Assembly (NCBI RefSeq): GCF_018977255.1
Contig: NW_024704743.1
Coordinates: 54,686,001 to 54,750,000 of the forward strand
Origin: Callorhinchus milii
Taxonomy: Eukaryota
Reading direction: 5' to 3'
Length of the DNA stretch: 64,000 nt
The notes beneath the pieces are model-generated. The model did not search any database. It worked only from the letters and a program-made list of their open reading frames with translations, and had not been told where the DNA came from. Each line of letters opens with the position of its first letter. Position 1 is the stretch's first letter. Positions 39,950 to 51,876 of this stretch are shown piece after piece. The translations under genes and the position numbers were made by a program.

Positions 39950-41130
39950 TCAGGTGTGATCTGAAAATGGAGAAGACGGAGGGATTGAGAGAGAGGGATC
40001 CGGGCCGTAATGCCTGAAAGTACAGCCATCAATGGTGGAGCAGAGGGAATGAGGGACAAGCAGGAGGCCAGAGCCAGCTGAGTGGAGGCGATGGGTAGTG
40101 GAGTGGGGAGTAAGCTGATCACAGAGGTAGGGAGATGCTGGGGCATGAGCAATTTGTAAATTAATATGAGGTTCTTGAAGTCAATCTGATCAGCGAGACC
40201 ATGGATGGAGCCTTGAGGTACGCCGCAGGTGATCGGGCGAGGATGGGAAGAAAAAACGTTTGCAGAGATGAAGTAATGGCAGTTGGTTAAGCAGGACTCA
40301 AACCAGGCACTGAGGTGGATGAGGAAGGAGAGGTGGTGGAAGAGGATGGTATGATTCACTGTGTTGAATTTAGCAGAGAGGTCCAGGAGGATAAGGAGAC
40401 AGAGGGAGCCTTGGTCAGAGAGACTGAGAGAGCATGTCATTCATGACATTCATGAGCACTGTCTCTGTGCTGTGGACAGGGCAGAAATTAGACTGGAGGA
40501 GCTCGAGTAGGATGAAGGGAGAGGTGTGAGCCAAGTTGATTTGCAACAACGGATTCCAAAACTTTAACAAGGAAAGGCAAGTTATAAATGGGTAGTTTGT
40601 AAGGTTAGAGGGATCAGGGGTGGATTTTTTTAGGAAAGGAGTGAATCAGAGTCTGAGGAGAGGGACTGGGTGATCATGTCGGCTAGCAAGGTGCAGAGGA
40701 AAGGGAATTGAGTGACTAGCAGCTGGGTGGGGATGGAGTTGAGCCAGCAGGTGGTGGACTTGATATGGATGATGATGGTTGAGGGAGAGGAAGGAGAAAT
40801 GGGAGCAAAGGAGTGCAGTGTGGTAGCAGTGGTCAAAGTTATAGTGGAATGAGTGGGTAATGTAGAAGAAATGGGGGTGCTGGGGTAGGTGGCTGTTAGG
40901 GTACATAAGGAAGATGAAGATGTAGCCAGGCAGATGTTTTCTATCTTTGAGATGAAGAAATATAGGACCTCTTTTCACTTGGCATTGGATATGAGGATCA
41001 AGGGTGCTTGAGGGAAAATGCAGATTAGGTGATGAGTGGTGGAGAACAGCACTTTGAGGTTATTTTTGTCCTCCATAATGGCCTGGGAATAGAAAGCAGC
41101 CTGTGAGAGGGAGATGCGGTAGGTATGGAA
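39950..41130 (-). mobile_element. Old L2 ORF2 fragments with internal deletions
   Basis: [43 protein letters not shown]. Confidence 0.85.
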
Positions 41131-41474
41131 AAAACACTGTAACATAGTAACATAAACAATGAATAAACTGCTTCCAGATTTCCTTCATCCTACTATCTGA
41201 TGTAGTTGCACAAAGTCAGATTTCATCACTTCAATGACTTCTAGCCAAGATTTCCAGTAAAGTATTGCACAGATTATTGTAAACAAAACCACAATTCAAA
41301 ACTTTTGAATATTATAACATGAACATCAAATCAAACAAACTCACAAATATGAAAAGGCACAACAGATTGTTACTCTATGGATTTCTAATATATAGGACTA
41401 TGCTCACAAGTTCTTAGTCTAGATTCGGCTAATGGAATGAAGTGGCAATCGGATTCTGTTTCGCTACAGAGTTT

Positions 41475-41822
41475 ATGGGTTGTGAGTTCAAGCAACATCC
41501 CGGAAGTTTAACTCATTGTCTAGGCTGAAAATTCAGAGCAGTGAGGTGAAAACTATTGTCAGAGATGCTGTCTTTCAGATGAAATATTAAACAAGCTCCG
41601 AACTGCCTATTCAGGTTGACATTTTCAAAAAAGCAAAAAGTGATTCTCCCAAATACCTGGTCATTAATCCTACACATTACTTGACTATTCACCTCATAGC
41701 TGTTGTGGAACCTTGATTGTGAGGAAATGGCACTGTTGTTTACCTATAAAAAGTCACTGCACTTAAAAGTAATTTCCTCTGAAGAGCTTTGCAACATTTC
41801 AACATAATAAGGTGCTATAAAA
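41475..41822 (+). mobile_element. Old Deu-type SINE, degenerate
   Basis: ggttgtgagttcaagc..tctaggctga..ttgtcagagatgctgtctttcagatgaaatattaaac..aaggtgctata. Confidence 0.65.
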
Positions 41823-41976
41823 AAATTGAGTGTCAGTCCAATTCAATTGGTATAAGCTCTTCAGTCTAACTGCACCATATATGAGATAGAAGGAAATAAA
41901 GGAGTTATGGGAGAGGGGATTGGGAGGGGTGGAAGCTCATGTGAAGCATAAACATTGCCATGGACTAGTTGGGCTG

Positions 41977-42245
41977 GTATTCTTGGTAAACTGGATGTCT
42001 GCTAGTGCGGAAACCATCATCATGCCTATGAATACCCAAACCAAACTGAGAATATGCTGCATCCCACCAATACATGGAAATTCCAGAGATGTTTATTGGA
42101 ATAGAATGTGCACTCTCTCCCAGGAGGGACACTTCCTGATGGTCCAATTCCAGCAACTATTAGGCGCAGGTTGCCAAGAGCCAAGGGTGTGCTTTGGGGT
42201 AGTGCTGGAGTCTAACCAACTAAAACTGCATAGCTTGCATTGAGT
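41977..42245 (-). repeat. Unclassified interspersed repeat, 3' part
   Basis: ggaaaccatcatcatgc..ccaaactgaga..tgtgcactctctc..gcaggttgccaagagcca, matching 33240-33500 and the reverse complement of 61850-62100. Confidence 0.7.
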
Positions 42246-42254
42246 GCCCTGCCT

Positions 42255-43097
42255 TTAAACCCCACATGCATGTTCTGAGCTATTCAGCTCAGCAACATTG
42301 CCTGCCTTCACCACTACTTCTCTGCTTGGTCTGCTGCAAACTTTATCCCTGCTTTTGTGAAGTCCAGGCTTGCCTATGCCAATTCTCTGCTCGCTAGACT
42401 TCCCAACTCTTTCCTCCACAAGCTGTGGACTATCCAGAACTCTGCAACTCATGTCCTCACCCACACTAGGCAATACAACAATAACAACAACAAAATTACA
42501 TTTGCATAGCGCCTTTCACGTCGGGAGGATATCCCAAGGTGCTGAACAGACAGAATTACAGTCCAGTGCTGGGGGTTGGGGTGGGGAAGGTAGTGGGCAG
42601 GGGGGGAGACAGGGAGATCAAAAGCACGGTTGAAGAGGAGGTTCTTGATACAAGCCTATTACCCCATCCTTGCCCAGCAACTCTGGCTCCCCATCCCTCA
42701 GAGGATCAAGGTCAAGATCCTGATCCTCACTTTTAAATTCTCCCACGGTCTTGCCCCACCCTACCTGTGTGTCCTTCTAAAACCTTACCAACCTCCTCCC
42801 TCCCTCCTCCCAGCAGGCACTGATTTGCTTTATGTCCGCTGCCCTGCCATCGGTGGTTGGGCTTTCAGCCTTTCTGCCCCCACTCTCTGGAACTCCAGAA
42901 TTGCTTCGCCTCCTTCAGGGATCATCTCAAGATCTTCCTCTTTAATGATGACTTCAGCCATCTCCCCACCCCCACCCACTTGTCTCCCACCATACCCAAT
43001 TCAATTCCCAGTGTGGGTGCAAACCCTCAACTGTCCAACACCTTGGGGCGTCCTCCTGACATGAAAGCCGCTATATATATTCAATTTGTTGTTGTGG
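42255..43097 (+). mobile_element. L2 3' fragment with an opposite-strand L2 tail nested at ~42476-42645
   Basis: LWLPIPQRIKVKILILTFK..WAFSLSAPTLWNS; (gtt)n tail at ~43087. Confidence 0.85.
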
Positions 43098-43177
43098 TTG
43101 TGTATTGGTGGAAATATAGATATCACTTTGGCAATAGTTTCTGATATATATTCTCTTCATTTAAATATTGTGTCAAT

Positions 43178-43550
43178 AATAATAATTGTTGCCTTTGGTA
43201 TAGATTATTTCATGTCAGGAGGACGTCCCAAAGCACTTCACAATATTATTGTGAAGTGTAGCGACTGTGTATTGGGAGGCAAATGCCGCAGCCTATTTCT
43301 GCACAGCAACATCCCACAAGCAGCCATGAAGCAAATGATCAAATTTATTTGGGGAATCATTAGCTAGGACACTGGGAGAAACTTTCCTCTCTTTTCAAAT
43401 AGTTGCCATGGAATCTTTGATGTCCATCTGAATGGGCAAATAGAACCTCAGTTTAAAATCACATCCAAAGCATGGCACTGGCAACAACACAACACACTCC
43501 CAGCACTGGAGTTACGGCCTAGACTATGTGAATTCAAAGTCCCAATGTAG
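43178..43550 (-). mobile_element. Old Deu-type SINE
   Basis: Reverse complement of body aagattccatggcaactatttgaaaagag and tail. Confidence 0.8.
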
Positions 43551-43862
43551 ATTGATGAGATCCAAAATAACCTTACTACGTTGTGGTGGGAGATTTAAAT
43601 GTAAAACGTTTCATTAAGAAAGTGGACCCTGTCTGTGTGATTCAGTGAGGAAGCAACTTAAGTTATTGTCAGAGAGAAAAATACAATCTAGTTTTTCTCA
43701 AAAAATATATTTTAAGTACAGCAAGTGATTGCCAATTCCTCTACCTTCTACTGTGACCATTTCATATTCTTTCAGCTGGGAAGGTGTGGTCTTACCCCTC
43801 AATGACTCAAAACTACTCCATCACTCCTTTCACTTCGCTCATATTCGTTGAATGTTGTTCTT

Positions 43863-43924
43863 GTATAGGTGGAAGACATGTGCGGAGAATGCAGCCATTC
43901 TCCGCACATGTCTTCCACCTATAC
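43863..43924. repeat. Perfect 29 bp inverted repeat with 4 nt loop
   Basis: gtataggtggaagacatgtgcggagaatg (43863-43891), loop cagc, exact reverse complement at 43896-43924. Confidence 0.97.
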
Positions 43925-44894
43925 GCATTGATCTTACATGAAGTGAGATTATTAATATATTAAAACATTCTTTTGACATACTGACATGCATTTTTATTAC
44001 AACTGCCTCTTTATGGTTTTATTACAAGCGCCTCTCATTCATCAATTGGTTTGCATCAAGTCTAGAAGACGTGAAAAGCACTATATCAAATGCAAGGATT
44101 ATTATTATAGATCAGGTCTGCATAAACAAAACCTATTCCCTTTGATTTTGCAAAATGCTTAATTTTGCAAGTCTTTCTGGTTGGTATGATGTACTTGTGA
44201 TCTTGAAAGCAATGTTCTAACAACTACTTCATGTAGAGAGAGATGAATCTCTGGTGACTCTGCATAAGCCTTTGAACACTTCAGTGGAATCACAGCAAAA
44301 TCAGTTGGCCAGCCTTGTGTAGTTCAAGATCAGCAGTGGTTTTAATTAATGTGTCTTGCATTTCACAGTCCAGATTTTGCTGTTAGTTAGCGAACTGTTC
44401 AACCAAGTCTTAAAATTACATTTTGAAAGGCACCTTGCAAGCGTAAAGTCAAGTGGACTTGATACCTGACCTCTTCAGCACAGACCTCTTTTATTTAACC
44501 TGGAGTCAAAGTCATTTAAAACCACTGATGCTATCTTTGAGTGCTTACCTCAATATTTGGATCATTTATGTCAGTAATTATTACTTTGCATATGCTTTGC
44601 AAATTGTCCTTTTTATCTGAGACACTTTGTCCAACACTGGCTGAGTTATCATGTTCAAAACGTTTCAAGATCTATGCATTTTAAGAGTTTAAATAAATTT
44701 TTTAAAAAATCCACGACCGTTTGTGGGATACTGCTGCGCGCATTGACTGCCGCGCTTCATCCACAAAATATAGTCAATTCACTTCAAGGAATATTCTGTG
44801 AAGCGCCGAGTGATTATTTACTTTTTAAAGTTTTTGGGGCGTTGTAATGTTTTACTCATATTTACATTTTCTTCCCGTGTCCAACATAGGGTAT

Positions 44895-46300
44895 AACAAC
44901 AACAACAAGATTACATTTGTACAGCGCTTTTCATGTTGGCAGGATGTCCCAAGGCGCTGGACAGTGTACAGCATTTCAGATCCGAGCTGGGGTCGGGGGG
45001 AGAAGGGAGGGGAGGGGAAGGGGGGTGACCGATGGCATGGTCGAAGAGGAGGGTTTTGAGGTGGCACTTGAAGGAATCTAAGGATGGGGTGAGGCGGAGT
45101 GACTGGGGGATGGAATTCCAGAGGTTGGGGGCAGAGAGGCTGATGGCTTTCCCGCCAATGGTGGGGTGGGTGGGTCGGGGGATGTAGAGCCGGCTGAGCA
45201 GAGGAAGCGGGCAGGTTAGTAGGTGGTTAGAAAGTCACAGAGGTAGGGCAGGGCGAGGCCATGGAGGGCTTTGTAGGTGAGGATAAGGATCTTGAACTGT
45301 ATCCTCTGAAGAACAGGGAGCCAATGGAGTCGGGCAAGAATGGGGGAGATGGGGTCACGGAGTTTGGTGCAGGAGAGGACACGGGCTGCAGAGTTCTGGA
45401 TTATCTGGATTATCTGGAGTCCTGTAGCTCAGTGGTTAGAGCACTCGCTTTGCAAACGAGAGACCCGAGTTCAATTCCAGGCAGGTCAGGGCGAAACCTT
45501 GGGCAAGTTTCCTTACTCCACACGCCTAATAATAATCCCTCCAAAACCAAAAACAATAATAAATTGGGTCATTTTCAATCTATGACTGTTTGTGGGACAT
45601 TGCTGTGCGCAATTGGCTGCCGCGTTCGCCCACATATATACAGTCAATTCACTTTACAGTGTGTTCTGTGAAGCGCTTTGGGACGTCCTCCTGACGTGAA
45701 AAGCGCTATATCAAATGCAAGGATTATTATTATTATTATTATCTGCAGCCTGTGGAGGGAGGAGTTGGGAAGGCTGACAAGCAAACGTTTGCATAGTCGA
45801 GCCTGGAGGTGAAGGCGTGAACAAGAGTTTCAGCGGCCTGAGGGGTGAGGTAATGGCGGAGTCGGGTGATGTTACAGAGGTGAGGTCATGGCTTGGATGT
45901 GGGGAAGAAAAAATAGTTGAGGGTCGAACAAGACACCTAGGTTCCTGACTGGTTTGGTGAGTTGCAGTGTGCAACCATGGAGGTTGATGTTGCCAGAGCC
46001 TGAGGTGCTGAGGCGCTGGTGTGAGCCAATCAGGAGGGCCTCAGTCTTGTTCACATTCAATTCACATTGCCCTCATCCAGGACTCGATGTCCGACAGGCA
46101 GTCTGTCAGGACAGCAGTGGTCCTGGAGTTGAGGGTGGAGGCAGAAAGATAGAGTTGGGTGTCATCCGCATACATGTGGAAGTTGACCCCATGTCTGCGG
46201 ATAATGTCACCAAGGGGGAGCATGTAGATATTAAAGAGGAGAGGGCCAAGGACAGAGCCCTGGGGGACGCCAGACTTGACAGTGCGGGGGCTGGAGAGAA
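44895..46300 (-). mobile_element. L2 3' fragment split by a young SINE
   Basis: [41 protein letters not shown] at ~46270-46150; tail at 44895-44960. Confidence 0.93.
45415..45742 (+). mobile_element. Young SINE, full length, inserted in L2
   Basis: Complete head-body-(ATT)n; target attatctg present on both sides. Confidence 0.96.
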
Positions 46301-46479
46301 ATCATTAGAGGAAACAAAGTATAACCTGAAACAGCTCCAGCGATGAGTACATATACTGAAATTGGATCAGAGGTGAGTTTTGGATATGTTAGAATTAATG
46401 GAGGTCATGTGAAGGAGACCAGTGAGAATTGCATTTGATCAATCTAGAAAGGAGGTAATCAAGATGTGCATAGGAACAA

Positions 46480-46810
46480 CGAATGACATTTTTGAAGCAC
46501 CTTTAACATCGGGAGCGCATCCCAAGGCATCCCATCGGGAGCGTATCCCAGTTAGAGATTTTGACCCGAGCAGGGGGTTGGGAGGCAAGGAGGGTAGGGG
46601 TGGGAGGGTGACCAAATGGCGGGTGAAGAAGTCTTGAGATGAGCTTTGAATGAGGCAAGGGAGGGAGCAAGACGAAAGGACTGTGGGGTGGAGTTCCAAA
46701 GTGTCGCAGCAGAAAAGCTGAAGGCCCGACCTCCAATGGTGGGATGGGCTGGGTGGGTGACATGGATCAGGACAGAGCCTGCTGAGCGGAGGGAGCGGAC
46801 GGGTTGTTGT
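46480..46810 (-). mobile_element. L2 3' fragment
   Basis: IGGRAFSFSAATLWNS; tail (reverse complement) at ~46480-46530. Confidence 0.8.
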
Positions 46811-47028
46811 GGGTTTCAGCAGCATTTGATGAGAGATACGAGTGGAGGAGAGCAACACGGTGAAAGGGGCGAAAAGCAGTCTTGGTCAGGGACTCCATTC
46901 ATTTATATAGCACCCTTCACTTCGGATAAGATATCAGAGCGCTTTGCAGTGGTGGGTCGCGTGCCGACACGACGACGAGGGCCGGGTTTGCGATAAGCGT
47001 GGCCAAAAAAAAGGGCCGATACGGCGAT

Positions 47029-47150
47029 TATAAATAGGTAGAAAAACTGGTAAATAAAAATGACAACATTTTTTACTCATTGCAACTTTTTTTTAAAAAA
47101 AATGACTTCCATATTCCCGGCTTGGTGTCGGTGACTCATGCTGAGGTAAG
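47029..47150 (+). promoter_or_regulatory. TATA box, AP-1 site and strong splice donor: candidate non-coding first exon (~47060-47145)
   Basis: TATAAATA 47029-47036; TGACTCA 47132-47138; GAG|GTAAGC at 47145/47146. Confidence 0.4.
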
Positions 47151-47620
47151 CCTTGGTGTGTGCGGGCAAACACTCCCCTGTTAGCACAGCCTTTGCCAAA
47201 GAGCCCTGACACCGGGCATTTGCTGACTTGTCCCCCCACTCCCTCCCTCCCTCCCTCCCCCCGCAAAGGGCGTTCGTTTCAACAGGAGCTTCAGAGAAAG
47301 TTTCTCCTGTGTCCCAAGAAAAGTGATGAATTGGGAGTCCAAAAGCGAAACGCCTGTCGTTCGGTTGTCCAAATGACAATCCTGGACGGGCGACTGTTTC
47401 TCTCTGCACCACATACCCCCCCAGTCCCAGCCCCAGCCCCGTCCTTGCATTATACCCGGTTGCAGGTTTAAGCGCTGTGCTCACCCCCCCTCCCTCCCCC
47501 CCCAACCCCGGAGCGGCGGCTCGAAGACACGTAGCGAAACTTCCCTGACGCGCGAGCGAACCACCGCAGGGTTTCAGGTGTGCGGCGGCGGGCGGGCGGC
47601 GGGCGGGGCGCTGGCGGAGA

Positions 47621-47702
47621 GGCTTCTGGGACTTGTAGTTCGCTGACCTGTGGCGTGAGGCGGCCGAGCCCGCGGACCAGGGGCTACAAGTCCCAGAGTG
47701 CA
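47621..47702. promoter_or_regulatory. Inverted pair of ZNF143/SBS-type motifs
   Basis: Minus: GAACTACAAGTCCCAGAAGCC (47641-47621). Plus: GGCTACAAGTCCCAGAGTGCA (47682-47702). Both resemble ACTACAAnTCCCAGAATGC. Confidence 0.75.
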
Positions 47703-47782
47703 GCGGGAAGGGGGAGTGGGGGGGGGGGGAGGGAGTGCCGGAGGGGCGGACCCGCGCCCCCCTCATTACCTGCCGTGTGTCT

Positions 47783-48578
47783 CACACACACACACACACG
47801 GTCCCGGGAGCCCAAGTTTACAACTCCTCTCACCGCAGGAAACGCCGCTCCGACTCGCACTCACTCACTCACTCACTCACTGGCAAAGCGGCTCCGTTCC
47901 CCTGTCCTCTGCCCGAGGTGTGTAGCGAAGGGTTTTGAGTGGGGGGTTGTGATTTGATTTTTTTTTCTCTCGCGGTGGGGGGGAGTGTGGGAGTGTGGGG
48001 GGAGAGAGGGGGGAGAGAGAGAGAGGGAGAGAGGGACCTCCTCCACACGTTGTGTCGCGGACGACGGTGACATGTCGGTGACGGAGGGTTCGTTTCGTGA
48101 ACGGGGGGTCTCTGCCGTGTGTCGTGCGTTTGGCTCATGAACACTCCCCCGGTCGAGGGCTGTTTGATTTGAAAGGTTTTCACGTTGTCGCGGAGGGGAG
48201 AACGGAGCCTAACTTTTTGCCCCATTGACTCTGAAACCTCTCCTTACGACAGAGTTTCCGCCGCCGCCGCCGCCGTGTGTGTGTGGGTGTGTGTGTGTGT
48301 AAAGCGCAAAAGCACTTCCTAAACAACAGGGAGATCACAGCGCGACGTTTATTGCTGTGAAGAAGCAACACGTTGTTCCGACCTTTGAGGTCTGGGTCGT
48401 GTTGTGTGAGAGATGATGTTTTCCTTCCCTTCTTGTGCAGGAAATCTGTTTTTTTTTAAAAAAAAAGTGTTTCTCCTCAAATTGGTTGTTGGCTCTTTCT
48501 CTCTCTCTCTCTCTCTCTCTCAGTCCCAACGAGTTTGAGGGCTATTCTGACCCCTCTCTCTCTCTCTCTCTCTCTCTC
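47783..48578. repeat. Cluster of simple repeats in the CpG island: (CA)n, (TCAC)n, (GA)n, (GCC)n, (GT)n, (CT)n
   Basis: Direct read, e.g. (TCAC)n ~47858-47881 and (CT)n ~48498-48521 and ~48555-48578. Confidence 0.9.
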
Positions 48579-50444
48579 AAGAGACTTTGCTTCTTCCAAA
48601 ATCGTGTTTTTTTTAAAAAAAATCCCCCCCTTCTCTGTGCTTTGCTTATCGTTTTAAAGTCGCACCTCCTGGTGAACCGAAAGATCATTCGGGTGTCGAA
48701 AGCGATCGGTGTCGTATAAGTTTCTGGTCGGAAAATGAAACGATGGAATGGGAGTCGACCCGTGGTGTCGTTTTACATGTTTTGGTTTTTTTTTTTTGCC
48801 TCTCGTCCAGAGAGTCCTTATTTCCAACAAAAAAACACAGGAGGGGAGGAGGGGAGATGCAGCTAAAGAAAATCATATTTAAATTATTGTTGGGGGGGGG
48901 GGTGAAAAAAAACGAAGGAAGAAAGCATTGCAAGGAAATGATCAAAGTAAATGCAGTAACTTAAATTACAGTGCATATGAATTGGTCAGAAGAAAATACT
49001 GTCAATACATGGACTATACCGAATGTCTTTGCGTTTTGATACGTCTGGAATTTTCTCTCTCTATATTTTGCCTTGGACTGTTATTATTATTATTATTATT
49101 ATTTGCCTTGGACTGTGCTGTGTCTTTCGGGCTTTCCATATTTCATGTCTTGAATCCTGAAGTGCAGTGTTATTCACCATTCAGAATAACAGCTGCTCTT
49201 TGTTTAAAGGCACAAGTAAGAGGTTCTGATATTTGTACTCACACAGTGTGTGATCAGGTCTTTATCCCAACACTATAAGGTTGGTTTGTGAGTGGAAGAA
49301 GTAATTGATGTGGCAAGTGAACTGAATCACAGACTGGGTAGAGGAAACTACTCTATAGCAATCCTGGACATAACTTCACATAAGATAACATAAAAATCAT
49401 AAGGTAGGAACTTGTTTAGAAGTCAATGACACCAAACTTTATCAAAGGCTTGGGAAAGATTGTGATAAACAAGATCTTCATAGGATCATTTATCAGAGGT
49501 AGTGTTGGGTAGTAATTAAGATAGTTAAACAATTTTACCACCCGATTAGGATTTGACTGTTTTCATTGGTTTGAAGCATTGACTACCTGAAGATTAATAA
49601 ATGTAGATAAGCAAAACAAATTGTTCTTGTTGCTTTAACTTGGAATTTCTGTCACCTGTGTGCCAGCTGTTGGTTTCCAAACATACCATGAATATGAAAA
49701 TTTAGATGCCAGCTTTAAAAATGGCCAAAATAACGTACTTTTTCCTTCCGTGAAACATTTTTTTCTAATAGGAATAAGAAATCCATAACCACAAGATTCA
49801 GAGAGCGATCTGATCAAAACAATAATTGTTGTTGTGATGATTTTATTTACTATACTGTATCATTTCAAGTTGAAAGGAATTATTTGTTACTTGGAATGAA
49901 TGACTAACATCCATTACTTACAATTTGACTCAGCTCTGCAAACCCAATTCAGCTTCTTCACTTAGACTTATCAAGCTTGAAATTATTGTTCTGGATATGT
50001 TTCAGAGAAGGGGAAAATCCCGAAAGCGGTATTGGCAGCATTTTCTTTTTTCCATGTGCAGTAGTTTTCTTTTTTGAAAATTAGTACTGAAAAAAAATCT
50101 ATGGATAAAGATCCAATTAATCGAAATAGTTGGCTAGAAGGAATTAAGAAACTTTACATATTTAAATTCCAACCACTTTTTTTATTCAGTCGCAATAGAC
50201 GTACCAGTTGCATGGTTTGTTATTTTTAGTACCTCAAACAAATGACAGAATGACAGGATTTGGCCCTAATGTTGATAATCTATCCCTATTCCTAGAATTC
50301 CATATAAGGAAACGATCTAGTATCATCACTGAAAGGGGAACTGCTTTGTCTGAGCTATCATTAAACACTGTCAATTATTTTGATGTCATTGAGGTTGCAA
50401 GGTATGCATTTGTAGTTCTGTTTACACCAAAAACTGTTGTGTGA

Positions 50445-50774
50445 AAATAATAATAATAATAATAATCCTTGCATTTGATATAGCGCTTTTCACATCTTCT
50501 AGACGTCCCAAAGCGCTTCACAGAATAGACTGTAAAGTGAATTGACTGTATATTTGTGGGTGAACGCGGCAGCCAATTGCGCACAGCAATGTCCCACAGA
50601 CAGTCGTGGATTGAAAATGACCAATTTATTATTGTTTTGTGTTTTTGGAGGGATTATTATTAGGCTCTGTGTGGAGTAAGGAAACTTGCCCAAGGTTTCG
50701 CCCTCTGCCTGGGATTGAACTCAGGTCTCTCGCTTGCAAAGCGAGTGCTCTAACCACTGAGCTACAGGACTCCA
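50445..50774 (-). mobile_element. Young SINE, full length
   Basis: Reverse complement of head tggagtcctgtagctcagtggttagagcactcgctttgcaagcgagagacc through (ATT)n. Confidence 0.96.
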
Positions 50775-51269
50775 CATAGTCTTTGTGGAGTCCATAGTCC
50801 ATAAAAAACAGAGTCTTTGACTAAATGTAAAAAAAAATACATTTCAGAAAAGCTTTTGAAGGTTGAGACAAGCATGTTGATAAAATTAAAGGAAAAGGGT
50901 TAGTCTGATAGTTGTATGCCATTTGGAAAATTGTCCAGGATGTAATCTGAAAGGTGGGTTCCATCAGTGACTTCTACATTCTGACATTAAAGCAAGGTTT
51001 CTGTACCATGTTTAAACCATGCCTATTAAATCTATGTTAGCCCATTCTTGTCACAAACAGTACTGCATGTGAGAAAACATACTGTACAATGAATGGCACA
51101 ACCAAACAGGTTTCAAAACAGAAGTGTTGTATTAGAATATAAACTCTTACAGAGATTGTTTCAAATGGGGCAGACTGCTCCAACCTTTTGACTTCTGAGA
51201 GTTGGATGCCCTATTTGAGAACCACAGAACGCTGTTCTCACTTCCCCCCACCCCCGTAGAGGGTGGGGA

Positions 51270-51447
51270 GGGTAGGGGTAGGAGCAGACCAGAGCCCGCT
51301 GAGCGGAGGGAGCAGACAGATTGGTAGGGGTTTAGGAGGTCACAGAGGTAGGGATGAGCAAGGCCGTGGAAGGCTTTGAAGGTGAGGACCAGGATCTTGA
51401 ACTGTATCCTCTGTGTGATGGGAAGCCAGCGGAGCCGGGCGAGGATA
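51270..51447 (-). mobile_element. L2 internal fragment
   Basis: [38 protein letters not shown]. Confidence 0.9.
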
Positions 51448-51793
51448 GTTTTGTGGAGGGTTTGGACAATTTGACATGTCATATTTTCCATTGCTTTTAC
51501 ATAACATCGCACAAAGGTGATGGGTATAATGATTACGCCGGGTGAAGCTTCTGAATATATTGCCATTGGCTACATTTGTGTGAGATGTGCTCCAATGTTT
51601 AATCTATAATGGTATGTTTACTCTTAAGTTTCTCCTAAAAGTAACCAGTTATAAGTGAATGTTACCATTTATTTTAAATTTAATGTGCTGGTACGGTGGC
51701 TTATTCACTGATTACGTAATTGTTGTTCATGCTGCCTTAGCTGTCGGCATGGGCATATTTGAATGGGAATCAAATCTATATGTGTTCATATTT

Positions 51794-51876
51794 AACTATC
51801 AGGCTAAATGCAAACTTAATCCTGTATGGGTTATTTTACTCATAAAGGATTAAAATTTGCATTTAGCCTTATAGTT
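51794..51876. repeat. Imperfect ~35 bp stem-loop (83 nt)
   Basis: Paired blocks aactat/atagtt, aggctaaatgcaaa/tttgcatttagcct, ttaatcct/aggattaa, tatgggt/actcata; loop tatttt. Confidence 0.85.

Larger units (their letters stand above)
46950..48780. promoter_or_regulatory. CpG island; probable promoter of MACC1, possibly bidirectional
   Basis: Abrupt high CpG/GC density in non-repeat sequence against a CpG-depleted background; GC boxes at ~47590-47610 and ~47744; ~13 kb upstream of the MACC1 ATG exon, which itself starts at a splice acceptor. Confidence 0.8.

Noticed and set aside
47077..47766. 229 aa minus-strand ORF in the CpG island, considered as ITGB8 exon 1
   Set aside because: Low-complexity GC-rich ORF with no signal peptide; the NDRR resemblance is only four residues. 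I found no integrin beta exons anywhere in the window.
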